A stretch of 38,907 bases of DNA, taken from contig JBDRRF010000054.1 in assembly GCA_043825875.1 (NCBI GenBank), positions 1-38,907 on the forward strand. Reading direction: 5' to 3'. Shown in pieces: positions 9,332 through 19,217 of this stretch (positions within the stretch are counted from its first letter, which is position 1; each line of letters starts with the position of its first letter). A program made the position numbers and the translations under genes. This DNA comes from Pseudomonadota bacterium (GTDB lineage Bacteria > Desulfobacterota > Desulfobacteria > Desulfobacterales > RPRI01). A model generated the notes under the pieces. The model was not told where the DNA came from. It worked only from the letters and a program-made list of their open reading frames with translations, and searched no databases.

Positions 9332-9689
9332 ATTTATTTTCTCCCCATATTCAATGCCGAACCAAAAGGAATTGTAATAATAAATCTATCAATAGCAACC
9401 ATATATCTGTCTTCTAAAACAAAGAAGGTCAAATATAAAGTCAAAAAACAGTTTATTAAACAAAAAATATATTCTTGCAACATATTGAATTAGCATCTGA
9501 TTTATAAGATAATTCTTCTTGACAATCCATTTATCATTCAGTAACCTTTTTAAGATAGATGGGTATTTAACGATTTTGCACCATTTAATACCGGTTGCAA
9601 TCGATATTAAGATTTTACTCATTATTACACAACTTTTAATTTGGCTTGCTTTAATCTTTAAAGTAAATTTAATATTTAGGCGGTGCTTC

Positions 9690-10217
9690 ATGAAAAAACA
9701 AGTCCTTGGTAAAATTGAAATTAAACAGGAAGATATAACAAAACTCCATGTTGATGCCATTGTTAATGCCGCAAACCGCTCACTTCTCGGCGGAGGAGGG
9801 GTTGACGGCGCCATACATCGTGCGGCAGGTCCTATGCTTCTGGAGGAATGTAAAACACTGGGAGGATGTGATACTGGAGAAGCTAAAATAACAAAAGGTT
9901 ATAACCTTAAAGCTTCATATGTAATTCATACTGTAGGCCCTGTGTACAGCGGGAAACCTGCTGACAGCAGGCTTTTGGCTCAATGTTATACAAACAGCCT
10001 GCAACTTGCCTTAGAAAAAGAATTAAGCTCTATCGCATTTCCTGCAATCAGCTGCGGGGTTTACGGCTATCCTATTAAAGATGCCTGTAAGATTGCCATA
10101 GACACTACTTGCAGTTTTTTAGAAAACCAGGAAGCCTCTTTATCAAAGGTTATTTTTATTCTTTTTTCATCCAATCATCTTGATATCTATCATAAATACC
10201 TAAAAGTAATTTCCTGA
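9690..10217 (+). CDS. Macro-domain O-acetyl-ADP-ribose deacetylase (YmdB-like)
   Basis: Motifs DAIVNAAN.SLLGGGGVDGAIHRAAG, VIHTVGPVY and FPAISCGVYGYP. Start moved to ATG 9690 (MKKQVLG). Confidence 0.93.
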   Translation: MKKQVLGKIEIKQEDITKLHVDAIVNAANRSLLGGGGVDGAIHRAAGPMLLEECKTLGGCDTGEAKITKGYNLKASYVIHTVGPVYSGKPADSRLLAQCYTNSLQLALEKELSSIAFPAISCGVYGYPIKDACKIAIDTTCSFLENQEASLSKVIFILFSSNHLDIYHKYLKVIS

Positions 10218-10470
10218 ATATGACAAACATGTTTATATTTTGATCATAAATTCTTCAAAACAAAGTTTACCTTCCAATTGATTGCAAGAAGTATGAGATA
10301 GGATAGTCAATTCACATAGAGATAATCTATTTTGAATCCTGAATATTATTGACAAACACTATTTCAGTAATTAGTTTAGAAATCATAGGAAAGGCAAAAA
10401 ATGATTGCCGATATACCTTAAAAAAACCGATTAAAGGTTAATATGCATATTTAGCAGAAGGAGGGTTAAC

Positions 10471-10797
10471 ATGGTTGAGATAACACCAATGGCTAGCAAA
10501 CAGATAGCCGAATACTTTGAAGGGAAAGAAGCTTCACCGATCAGGATTTTTTTAAATCAAGGTGGCTGAGGCGGGCCGTCTCTGGCATTGGCTCTGGATG
10601 AGCCTAATGAATCTGACAAAATATATGAAGTTGACGGATTTAAGTATATAATTAATCAGGAATTTTTAGAGAAAGCAAAACCGGTTAAAGTAGATTATGG
10701 CCAAATCGGTTTTAAAATTACATCGGGATTCGATATGGGTGCTCCTTCTGCATGCTCAAGTTGCGGCACAGGTGGTTCTTGCAGCACCGAATCATAA
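10471..10797 (+). CDS. HesB/IscA-like selenoprotein (108 aa, Sec at codon 33)
   Basis: ATG 10471 with RBS GAAGGAGG reads MVEITP...IRIFLNQGG-TGA(10567-10569)-GGPSLALALDE, in frame with the track ORF 10588-10797. GGUGGP.L.LALDE is the family motif. Confidence 0.9.
10587..10608 (+). promoter_or_regulatory. Putative bacterial SECIS hairpin
   Basis: ATTGGCTC-TGGAT-GAGCCTAAT stem-loop with a G-containing apical loop 26-30 nt after the UGA. Confidence 0.6.
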
Positions 10798-10822
10798 TAT
10801 ACTCATAGTTTATATATATATT

Positions 10823-10866
10823 AACAGGGTAACATCAGATGGTATTTTTGTGTTGCCCTGTTTTTA
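10823..10866 (+). terminator. Putative intrinsic terminator after the selenoprotein gene
   Basis: AACAGGGTAACA ... TGTTGCCCTGTT followed by a T-run. Confidence 0.6.
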
Positions 10867-11023
10867 TAATCATTTCAGCTTCAATTTTCCACATTTTTTA
10901 TTGTGCGCTCAATACAAATTTTACTTTTTTGGATAATAGCGTTTAACGCTCATCGATTTTTGCTATTTCATATTCGCTATTCTCGATATAAATTTGCTTT
11001 TATCGGAGGTGGAAATATTAGAT

Positions 11024-11932
11024 ATGAAGATATTAATTACCGGTGGAACAGGTTTTGTAGGATCATATCTTTCCGATACCTTTATCAAAAAAGGTTATCA
11101 TGTTATATCTATTGGCGGGCCTCCTCCAGACAATGCATTAAAACATCCAAATTTAAAATATGTCCTGGCAGATACAACCCAAAAAGGCTCCTGGCAAGAG
11201 GAATTAAACGATATTGATGCTGTTATCAATCTTGCAGGAAGATCGATTTTCAGCCGCTGGAACGATGATTATAAAAAATCGATTTATGATAGCAGGATAC
11301 TTACAACACGTAATCTTGTCGAAGCTCTTCCTTCAAATAAAAATATTACTCTTTGCAGTACATCTGCTGCCGGTTATTATGGCGACAGGAAAGATGATAT
11401 TTTGACTGAAAACGAATCTCCCGGCAATGATTTTCTTGCATCAGTATGCAAAGATTGGGAAAAAGAAGCGTTTAAGGCTGAAAACAAAGGGGTAAGAGTT
11501 GCAATAACCCGATTCGGCATTGTTTTAGGAAAAGGCGGCGGAGCTTTAAAACAAATGATACCGCCGATACGTTTTTTTGTCGGAGGTCCTCTTGGAAATG
11601 GACAGCAGTGGTTTCCTTGGATTCATATCGAAGACCTTATCTCGGCTATGCTTTTTATATTTGAAAATGAATCTGTAAGCGGGGCATTAAATTTTACCGC
11701 ACCGGGATCTATAAGAAACCTTGAACTTGTTAGAACCATTGCCGGAATTCTTCACAGACCGTCTATCATGCCTGCTCCGGCTTTTTTCATAAAACTGTTT
11801 CTGGGAGAATTCGGATCATCCATTCTGGCCAGCCAGCGGGTAACTCCTCAAAATCTTTTACAATATGGTTTCAAATTTAAGTACCCTGATATAAAAAGCG
11901 CTCTGAATAATATTATAGAAAAAGGCTCATGA
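11024..11932 (+). CDS. TIGR01777-family NAD-dependent epimerase/oxidoreductase (YfcH-like)
   Basis: Motifs MKILITGGTGFVG, VINLAG, SAAGYYG, DFLASVCKDWE and GNGQQWFPWIHIED. ATG 11024 has RBS GGAGGT. Confidence 0.92.
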   Translation: MKILITGGTGFVGSYLSDTFIKKGYHVISIGGPPPDNALKHPNLKYVLADTTQKGSWQEELNDIDAVINLAGRSIFSRWNDDYKKSIYDSRILTTRNLVEALPSNKNITLCSTSAAGYYGDRKDDILTENESPGNDFLASVCKDWEKEAFKAENKGVRVAITRFGIVLGKGGGALKQMIPPIRFFVGGPLGNGQQWFPWIHIEDLISAMLFIFENESVSGALNFTAPGSIRNLELVRTIAGILHRPSIMPAPAFFIKLFLGEFGSSILASQRVTPQNLLQYGFKFKYPDIKSALNNIIEKGS

Positions 11933-12073
11933 GCCACTTTCAAAACGTTTCAGTTTGGTCAAGGTCAAGGCGGATGAAAATTTTAACCGCAGGAATACAT
12001 GGAGTATTTCGAGGATTAAAATTTTAACCCAACGCTTAAGATCGGCCAAAATGGGACGTTTTGAAACTGGCTC
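11931..12073 (-). mobile_element. MITE-like palindromic element, copy 2 (inverted, more divergent, 143 bp)
   Basis: GAGCCACTTTCAAAACG ... CGTTTTGAAACTGGCTC with TCAT on both flanks. It fills the whole gap between two convergent genes. Confidence 0.85.
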
Positions 12074-14755
12074 TCATAACTTAGATATATTCCTTAATAC
12101 ATACGGAAGTATCCCACCGTGAATAAAATAGTTTAACTCTGATTTTGAATCGATTCTTGCATTTACATTAAACTCTATTTTGCTTTTATCTTTCCGGCAG
12201 GCTGATATTTTAAGCTTTTTTTGAGGATAAAAATCTGTTTCAATTCCTTCGATATCGTATAGTTCGGTTCCATCCAGTTCCAGTACTTCATAATTTATTC
12301 CTTCATCAAATTGTAAAGGAAGTATTCCCATGCATACAAGATTGCTTCGGTGAATTCTTTCAAAGCTTTGGGCTATCACGGCTTTAACTCCCAACAGAAA
12401 AGTGCCTTTGGCAGCCCAATCACGTGAACTTCCGGTTCCATACTCCCTGCCTGCTATCACTATAAGTGGAATACCCGATTTTTTATACTCCATCGCTGCA
12501 TCATAAATAGTTGTAACTTTTTCTTCAGGAAGTATAATTGTCCAACCACCGGTTGTTTCGGGGGCAAGTTTGTTTTTTAAACGAATATTACCGAATGTGC
12601 CGCGCATCATTATTTCATGATTGCCGCGATACGATCCAAAGGAGTTAAATTCATCCGGAGGTATTTTTTTACTTATAAGATATTTACCGGCCGGACTGTC
12701 AACAGGAATTGAGCCGGCAGGTGATATATGATCTGTTGTTACCGAATCACCTAAAAGAGCAAGCACTCTTGCTTTTTTGATATCTTGAGGCTCCGGTGTT
12801 GTTTTGGTTATATCGGTAAAAAAAGGCGGGTTTTTAATGTATGTTGAATCAGGCTCCCATTTAAAAATTGACCCTTCAGGAACCGATAGCAATTGCCATT
12901 GTTTTGATCCTTCAAATATAGTGGAATATTCTTTAATAAACATGTCCGGAGTTAAAAGAGTTTCTACTATTTGACTGATTTCTCTTGCAGATGGCCATAT
13001 GTCATGAAGAAAAACGGACTTTCCTTCATTGTTTATTCCTATTGGCTCGGTTTCAAAATCAATATCAATATTACCGGCTATCGCATAAGCTACTACAAGC
13101 GGGGGAGAAGCAAGAAAGTTTGCACGTATGAGTGGAGAAATTCTTCCTTCAAAATTTCGGTTCCCGCTTAATACTGAAGCCACAACAAGATTTTTCTCAG
13201 ATATCGCTTTTGCAATAGATTCATGAAGTGGGCCGCTGTTTCCTATACAAGTAGCACACCCGTAAGCAACAATATTAAATTTAAGCTCTTCAAGATATGA
13301 CAACAACCCTGATTTTTCAAGGTAAGCTGCAACTACTTTGGAACCGGGCGCAAGACTAGTTTTTACCCATGGTTTAACCATAAGCCCCTGTGAGAGCGCT
13401 TTTTTTGCAAGAAGCCCCGCACCTATCAGAGCTGAAGGATTGGAAGTATTTGTACAACTTGTTATAGCAGCTATAACAATTGAACCATGATCAAGATTAG
13501 CCGAAACATCATCTATCTTTATATTTTCAGGTTTTTCTTTTCTGTCATTATCTTTTTGTATTAATTCTTTAAATACTTCTTTAACCTGAAAAAGCGGTAT
13601 GCGTTCCTGAGGCTTTTTAGGCCCGGCAATACAAGGTTGAACCTTACTCATATCAAATTCAACAGTATCATGATAGATAATATTACTTCCGGCATCTTGT
13701 CTGAAAAGGCCCTGTTCTTTTGTATATGTTTCTATCAAAGATATGATATGGTCAGAGCGGCCGGTTAATCTAAGGTATTTTAATGTAATATCATCCACCG
13801 GGAAAAACCCCATTGTAGCTCCGTATTCAGGGGCCATGTTTGCAATGGTCGCACGATCCTCCAAGCTTATGTTTGATACTCCGGGCCCGTAAAATTCAAC
13901 AAAATTTCCTACAACACCTCTTTTTCTCAAAAGCTCGGTTATATGTAAAACAAGATCTGTTGCAGTTATACGATCTGAAAGTTTTCCTGTAAGCTTGAAA
14001 CCAAGAACTTTTGGTGAAAGAAAATAATATGGATTGCCAAGCATTACAGCTTCAGCCTCTATTCCACCCACACCCCAACCAAGCACTCCAATTCCATTTA
14101 TCATTGTTGTATGTGAATCAAGGCCAAACACACTGTCAGGAAAAACAGTATTTGTATCTGAAAACTCTTTTATGAAAACTACTCTGGCAAGGTATTCAAG
14201 GTTAACCTGATGGCATATGCCGGTAGCAGGAGGCACTACTTTAAAATTTTCAAAATTCTTCTGCCCCCATTTTAAAAAAGTATAACGTTCGGAATTACGA
14301 TTGAACTCATTAGAAATATTTTCTTCAAGAGAAGTGTTTTTTCCAAAGGAATCTACCTGAACTGAATGATCAATAACCAGTTCCAAAGGTATTGACGGAT
14401 TGATTCTTAAAGGATCTTTGTAAAGACGATTTGCAGCATCGCGCATTGCCGCCAGATCCACTATAGCCGGAACTCCCGTAAAGTCCTGCAAAAGCACCCT
14501 GGCCGGCAAAAAAGGTATTTCAATACTTTCTTTTTCTATATTCCATGAAGCCAGATTCTTTATATCTTTATCTGTAAATAAAACCCCATCTTCGTTTCTT
14601 ATAAGATTTTCTATAAGTATTTTAATGCATACAGGCAGTTTTGAGATATCTTTAAAGCCTGCATCGGCAAGTTTATTCAAGCTGAAATATGTATAATTCT
14701 TGTTGCCTATCTTAAGTATTTCTTTTGTGCCAAAACTGTTTTTACTGCCTGTCAT
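12074..14755 (-). CDS. acnA: Aconitate hydratase A
   Basis: 893 aa with motifs QDFTGVP, DHSVQVD, AAITSCTNTSN, YGCATCIGNSG, TTDHISPAG and GSSRDWAAKG. Confidence 0.97.
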   Translation of the reverse strand: MTGSKNSFGTKEILKIGNKNYTYFSLNKLADAGFKDISKLPVCIKILIENLIRNEDGVLFTDKDIKNLASWNIEKESIEIPFLPARVLLQDFTGVPAIVDLAAMRDAANRLYKDPLRINPSIPLELVIDHSVQVDSFGKNTSLEENISNEFNRNSERYTFLKWGQKNFENFKVVPPATGICHQVNLEYLARVVFIKEFSDTNTVFPDSVFGLDSHTTMINGIGVLGWGVGGIEAEAVMLGNPYYFLSPKVLGFKLTGKLSDRITATDLVLHITELLRKRGVVGNFVEFYGPGVSNISLEDRATIANMAPEYGATMGFFPVDDITLKYLRLTGRSDHIISLIETYTKEQGLFRQDAGSNIIYHDTVEFDMSKVQPCIAGPKKPQERIPLFQVKEVFKELIQKDNDRKEKPENIKIDDVSANLDHGSIVIAAITSCTNTSNPSALIGAGLLAKKALSQGLMVKPWVKTSLAPGSKVVAAYLEKSGLLSYLEELKFNIVAYGCATCIGNSGPLHESIAKAISEKNLVVASVLSGNRNFEGRISPLIRANFLASPPLVVAYAIAGNIDIDFETEPIGINNEGKSVFLHDIWPSAREISQIVETLLTPDMFIKEYSTIFEGSKQWQLLSVPEGSIFKWEPDSTYIKNPPFFTDITKTTPEPQDIKKARVLALLGDSVTTDHISPAGSIPVDSPAGKYLISKKIPPDEFNSFGSYRGNHEIMMRGTFGNIRLKNKLAPETTGGWTIILPEEKVTTIYDAAMEYKKSGIPLIVIAGREYGTGSSRDWAAKGTFLLGVKAVIAQSFERIHRSNLVCMGILPLQFDEGINYEVLELDGTELYDIEGIETDFYPQKKLKISACRKDKSKIEFNVNARIDSKSELNYFIHGGILPYVLRNISKL

Positions 14756-14784
14756 ATTTACTCCTAAAAAATGTCAGATATAAA

Positions 14785-14969
14785 AGGATTCAAGGGTTCG
14801 AGGGTTCAAGCGATAGCAATTTTCCCCTTTGAGTTATAATCCTCTCCCTCTTTGAACTTAATCAAAATTGGGCATTCTTTAAAGAACTCAAAACTTTTGC
14901 CAAACCTTTATACTATATAATTTATCAACATTCCACTTGGCTCCTGGAACCCTTGACCCCTTGAATCCT
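14785..14969. repeat. 185-bp element bounded by 26-bp inverted repeats built from tandem 8-mers
   Basis: AGGATTCAAGGGTTCGAGGGTTCAAG (14785-14810) matches the reverse complement of 14944-14969 (AGGATTCAAGGGGTCAAGGGTTCCAG) at 23/26 positions. Confidence 0.8.
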
Positions 14970-15011
14970 GGATCACCAAGTCTTTTATAGATATTTCGAT
15001 TGTATATATAA

Positions 15012-17237
15012 TCATAGAAGTATCTTATTGATTTTTTCACAAAGATCAAAAGAGCTATTAATTTTTATTCCATCTAACCCGATAGCCGGCACAGCTCCCA
15101 TAAGAGAGTTTGTGAGAATTACACCATCAGCAGAAAACAATTCATTGGAAAAAATTAATTTATCCTCAAATTCATAACCCCATTCCAAAAGCAACTTGCC
15201 GACTGCTTTGCTCATTATACCGGGTAGTACATGAGGCGATAACGGTCTTATAATTTTTTTACCATAAACAAGCATAATATTTGCCGTATTTGTTTCCGAT
15301 AAACTTCCATCCGGATTTATTATCAGCGCTTCATCAGCGCCATTTTCTTTCGCCCATTCACCAGCAAGATAATAGTATAAATAATTCAGGGTCTTATAGG
15401 AAGCAAGAGGGCTCTGCCTTGGTTCGGCATAAAAAGCAAGATATAAGCCTTTATTGGTTTTCAACTGAATTCTTCCCGGATAATCTTTTGCCATAACCAA
15501 TAGATCATAATTAGTTATTAAACAGCCTCCTTTGCCTTTAGCTGCAATAATCTTTATGGAAGCCGTTTCATTTGATAGACCGTTTTCAGTAATTACCTGT
15601 CTGATTATATCTTCCCATGTTAAATCAGGCACAGTATCTTTGAAAAAATATTTCCATGCATCATTAAATCTTAAAATATGTTCATCAAGAAAAGCAGGTT
15701 TGCCTTTACTTATTCGTACTGTTTCAAAAAAACCGTATCCATACATAAAGCCTTCGCTGCATGCCAAAACACCTGCATCATCAGAAGACTTTAACATGCC
15801 GTTATGCCAAATAACTGAATTTATATTTGAAGTTTCTTTTGAGCTTTTAAATGTATCCATTATTGTACGGCCTTTATGCAATGTTTCATCATATTCATCC
15901 TGCGGATTCGAATCCAATACTATCCCTCCTCCAACGGAATAAACAATCTTGCCGTTTAAAATACTGATAGTACGGATTGCTATCGATAAATCCATCGTAT
16001 CATGGAAACTTATATATCCGATAGATCCTGTATAGATATGACGGCGGCAGGGTTCAAGTTCATCTATGATTTCCATGGCTCTTATCTTAGGACACCCTGT
16101 AATTGAGCCTCCGGGAAAAACCGCTTTTATCAAATCCACCTGATCCTTGTCATCTTTCAGTTTTCCTTCTACAACAGATACAAGATGGTATACATTCTGG
16201 TATGCTTCTATTCTTTTGTGCTCTGATACTGCAACTGATCCGGCCCTGCAAACTTTACCCAGATCATTTCGAAGAAGATCAACTATCATTGATAATTCAG
16301 CATCATCTTTACTGCTTTTTAAAAGTTCGCTTTTTAGCTTTTCATCTTCTGCAATGGTTATTCCTCTTGGTCTTGTTCCTTTTATCGGTCTTGTTTCAAC
16401 CTGAGTTCCCTTTTGCAGTACAAAGCGTTCGGGAGAAGTAGAAATGATCTGAAGATTTTTTCCTCCGTTAATAAATGAAAAAAATGGGGCTGGATTTTTT
16501 TCATAAAGCATCGCAAAAAGAGAAAAAGCGTCTCCTGTAAAATCGGCTATAAACCGCTGCGAAAGGTTAACCTGATAAACATCACCTGCTTTGATATATT
16601 CTTTTATTTTATTTACTGCTTCAATATATAAATCTTTACTAAAACAAGATGTTAAATTTCCGGCATATATTTCATTTTGCTTTCTGGCTACTCCGCCTTC
16701 AAATATTTGCATAAATGACTTTAGGGCATTGTCTTTATCTTTATTTTGTTCAGAAACAATCAGATCCGTTTCATTTGTTGATTTGTCATGAACAAATACT
16801 ATTGAATGAGCATAAAACAAAACATCCGGCATTTGTATATCATTGATACTTGTTCTGGGTAATTTTTCAAGCGAGTCTTTAAGATCATAGGATAAATACC
16901 CCATAAGTCCGGATATAAAAGGGATATCTTTAGCTGTAACATCTATTTTATATTTGTCTAATATAAAACGAAGCACATCGAAAGGGTTTAAATCATATTG
17001 AATGGTTCCTTCAACAGTAGTTACGGAAAGATTTTGATTATGACCTGAAACAGTCAGCCAGGGAAGTATACCCATTATATGATATCTGGCACAATCATAG
17101 TCTCCGCCGCTCATAAAAACAACAGTTCCTTCAAGATGGGCAAACCTTGAGGCAAAATCTGCAAACGGTTCATCCAATACAATTTTTTGCCTGTAATTAT
17201 TATTTAATTTTATCTCAAAGTCCTTTCTTACTGACAT
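15012..17237 (-). CDS. pabB: Fused aminodeoxychorismate synthase component I / aminodeoxychorismate lyase (PabB-PabC)
   Basis: Chorismate-binding motifs SPERF, TRPIKGT, MIVDLLRNDLG, PGGSITGCPK; C-terminal class IV PLP domain GFMYGYGFFET, YKTLNY, VLPGI, TNSLMG. Confidence 0.9.
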   Translation of the reverse strand: MSVRKDFEIKLNNNYRQKIVLDEPFADFASRFAHLEGTVVFMSGGDYDCARYHIMGILPWLTVSGHNQNLSVTTVEGTIQYDLNPFDVLRFILDKYKIDVTAKDIPFISGLMGYLSYDLKDSLEKLPRTSINDIQMPDVLFYAHSIVFVHDKSTNETDLIVSEQNKDKDNALKSFMQIFEGGVARKQNEIYAGNLTSCFSKDLYIEAVNKIKEYIKAGDVYQVNLSQRFIADFTGDAFSLFAMLYEKNPAPFFSFINGGKNLQIISTSPERFVLQKGTQVETRPIKGTRPRGITIAEDEKLKSELLKSSKDDAELSMIVDLLRNDLGKVCRAGSVAVSEHKRIEAYQNVYHLVSVVEGKLKDDKDQVDLIKAVFPGGSITGCPKIRAMEIIDELEPCRRHIYTGSIGYISFHDTMDLSIAIRTISILNGKIVYSVGGGIVLDSNPQDEYDETLHKGRTIMDTFKSSKETSNINSVIWHNGMLKSSDDAGVLACSEGFMYGYGFFETVRISKGKPAFLDEHILRFNDAWKYFFKDTVPDLTWEDIIRQVITENGLSNETASIKIIAAKGKGGCLITNYDLLVMAKDYPGRIQLKTNKGLYLAFYAEPRQSPLASYKTLNYLYYYLAGEWAKENGADEALIINPDGSLSETNTANIMLVYGKKIIRPLSPHVLPGIMSKAVGKLLLEWGYEFEDKLIFSNELFSADGVILTNSLMGAVPAIGLDGIKINSSFDLCEKINKILL

Positions 17238-17251
17238 AATATGTATAGAAT

Positions 17252-17824
17252 TTAGGGCTTATTAATTTTTAAAAAATTATCCACCAGGATTTGCCCATCT
17301 TCAGTTAAAAAACTTTCCGGATGGAATTGAACGCCATGAAGCGGATAAACATTATGAGAAAGTCCCATGATAGTTTCATCATGGGTTTTAGCTGTAACAT
17401 CAAGCCTACTACCATTTAATTTAACCATAAGCGAATGATATCGGGCTGCCCTGAAAGGAGAAGGCATTCCTTTGAAAATTCCGCTTTGATTATGTTCAAT
17501 AATAGATGTTTTTCCATGCATAGGCTGAAAAGCTCTAACGGTAATACCTCCAAAAACCTCGTTGATGCATTGCATTCCAAGGCAAACACCAAGAATGGGA
17601 GTTTCTTTATAAAAAGTTTTTATAACGAGTGTAGATATACCCGCATTTGCAGGATCTTTCGGGCCCGGGCTAATTAAAATATAGTCCGGGTTCATCACCT
17701 TAATCTGCCTGATAGTAATCATATCATTTCTGCAAACATCTATTAAAAGATCATAGTGCATAAACATCTGAGCAAGATTAAATGTAAATGAATCATAATT
17801 ATCTATTATTAAAAGCTTTTTCAA
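17252..17824 (-). CDS. pabA: Aminodeoxychorismate/anthranilate synthase component II (glutamine amidotransferase)
   Basis: Motifs IDNYDSFTFN, SPGP, GVCLGMQ, RYHSL and QFHPES; directly upstream of pabBC. Confidence 0.92.
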   Translation of the reverse strand: MKKLLIIDNYDSFTFNLAQMFMHYDLLIDVCRNDMITIRQIKVMNPDYILISPGPKDPANAGISTLVIKTFYKETPILGVCLGMQCINEVFGGITVRAFQPMHGKTSIIEHNQSGIFKGMPSPFRAARYHSLMVKLNGSRLDVTAKTHDETIMGLSHNVYPLHGVQFHPESFLTEDGQILVDNFLKINKP

Positions 17825-18032
17825 ATTGAAATTCCTGATAAAACCAAAAATATAAAAGTATAAGTATTAAAAATATTTAATATGTCCATCAAATATTAAA
17901 AATCAATTAAAGGCAATTTTTTTTTACTGATTATCAAATAAATTTACGAAAACGGATTTAAAGTTGCTCGTTTGAGTACAGGATTTTTTTAGTGTATGCT
18001 CAACTTCTTGAAGTAGAAGCAGAAACTTTATT

Positions 18033-19217
18033 TTAGTATTTCTGCTTAGCAACTCGTATACTATTTTTATCTGCCAACCTATATATTAGATTAAAAATAA
18101 ACACACCTATTGCCGTTCCGAATGTATTTAATACAAGATCTGAAAGCTGGGAAAATCTTGTTGGAAGATATGCCTGAGTCAATTCAATTGACATACTGAG
18201 TGAAAAACCGGCAATAACAACAGTAAAAAAAATTATTTTAAATCTATATTTTTTTGTCTTTATCAGCAAAGCTGATACAAAAATTCCAAATGGGATAAAC
18301 CCAATAAGATTTATTGCTACATCCTTGATATAAGAAATTTTCCATACATCTTGAGATCTCACTGGCTCTAAAAATACTTTTTGAACCGGTTTAAATATTT
18401 CAGGTATTATAAGAGGATAACCTGATTCAGCATAATTATGGATAGTACTTTCTTTTTTCTCATCAAACGGATATAAACAAACAAGTCCGGTATTTTGTTT
18501 CATCAATGCATAATCACCTTCAACCCACGATTGATAATTTGCAGAAATCTGCTCCGGGGCTAAAGTTTTATTATATATGGCAAGACCCATAAATTCACCT
18601 TTCCAGAAACTGTTTCCTGTTGGTGAATTGCCGATTATAATGCATAAAGGCTCATCATCATATTCTGAAAGCATAGAAAAACCGGAGTAAGACTTTGCCT
18701 GCATACCATTTATATAAACAGCGGATTCTTTTTTATCTGATACTATTGTAATAAAAACATCCCGGTTTTTTAATAGAGCATTGTTCAAGCCTCTTTCCCT
18801 ATAAGGTTCACTGCGCTTAAACAGAGCCGGGTCATTAGTACGGCATCTTACAATCAGATGCGACCTCCATTGCCCCACAGTAATTACTCCAGGTAATTTA
18901 CCATCGTAAAGATTAAAAATAGACGGAAGATTTCCCGGTTCGTTTAGTGGTTTGACCCATAGTTCCACGCTTATTGCTCTGTCGGAAAAAAGCGATTCAT
19001 TAGCCTTCTGCAAGCATCCATGGCTTAAAATCAAACCCTGGCCACTAAATGATACTCCATTATTATTTTGCAGCCATTTGACCTTGTTTTCTGGAAAAAA
19101 GTTAAATGGCCAAAGTCCTGCTAATATTATGGCAAGAACAACAGCAAGACAGATTATTTTTAAAAGAACGGTGTCAATATTGTTAATTTTGCTGATATAT
19201 ATTAAAGTTGATTTCAT
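18033..19217 (-). CDS. Membrane protein with LamG-like jellyroll domain and C-terminal VanZ domain
   Basis: N-terminal TM (GLWPFNF); LamG-like SVELWVKP, AVYING, WKGEFMGLAIYNKTL; VanZ-like NLIGFIPFG, IELTQAYLPTR, DLVLNTFG. Confidence 0.8.
   Translation of the reverse strand: MKSTLIYISKINNIDTVLLKIICLAVVLAIILAGLWPFNFFPENKVKWLQNNNGVSFSGQGLILSHGCLQKANESLFSDRAISVELWVKPLNEPGNLPSIFNLYDGKLPGVITVGQWRSHLIVRCRTNDPALFKRSEPYRERGLNNALLKNRDVFITIVSDKKESAVYINGMQAKSYSGFSMLSEYDDEPLCIIIGNSPTGNSFWKGEFMGLAIYNKTLAPEQISANYQSWVEGDYALMKQNTGLVCLYPFDEKKESTIHNYAESGYPLIIPEIFKPVQKVFLEPVRSQDVWKISYIKDVAINLIGFIPFGIFVSALLIKTKKYRFKIIFFTVVIAGFSLSMSIELTQAYLPTRFSQLSDLVLNTFGTAIGVFIFNLIYRLADKNSIRVAKQKY

Noticed and set aside
9389..9814. 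141-aa minus-strand ORF and the 9519 upstream extension of the macro-domain gene
   Set aside because: Antisense shadow of the macro-domain gene running into AT-rich spacer; homology starts at ATG 9690.
10389..10414. GCCGATAT as a sigma28 -10 element upstream of the selenoprotein
   Set aside because: The -35 match and spacing are poor, and a TTGACA-type promoter lies just upstream.
10588..10797. 69-aa TTG-start ORF as a stand-alone gene
   Set aside because: It is the C-terminal part of the UGA-containing gene starting at 10471.
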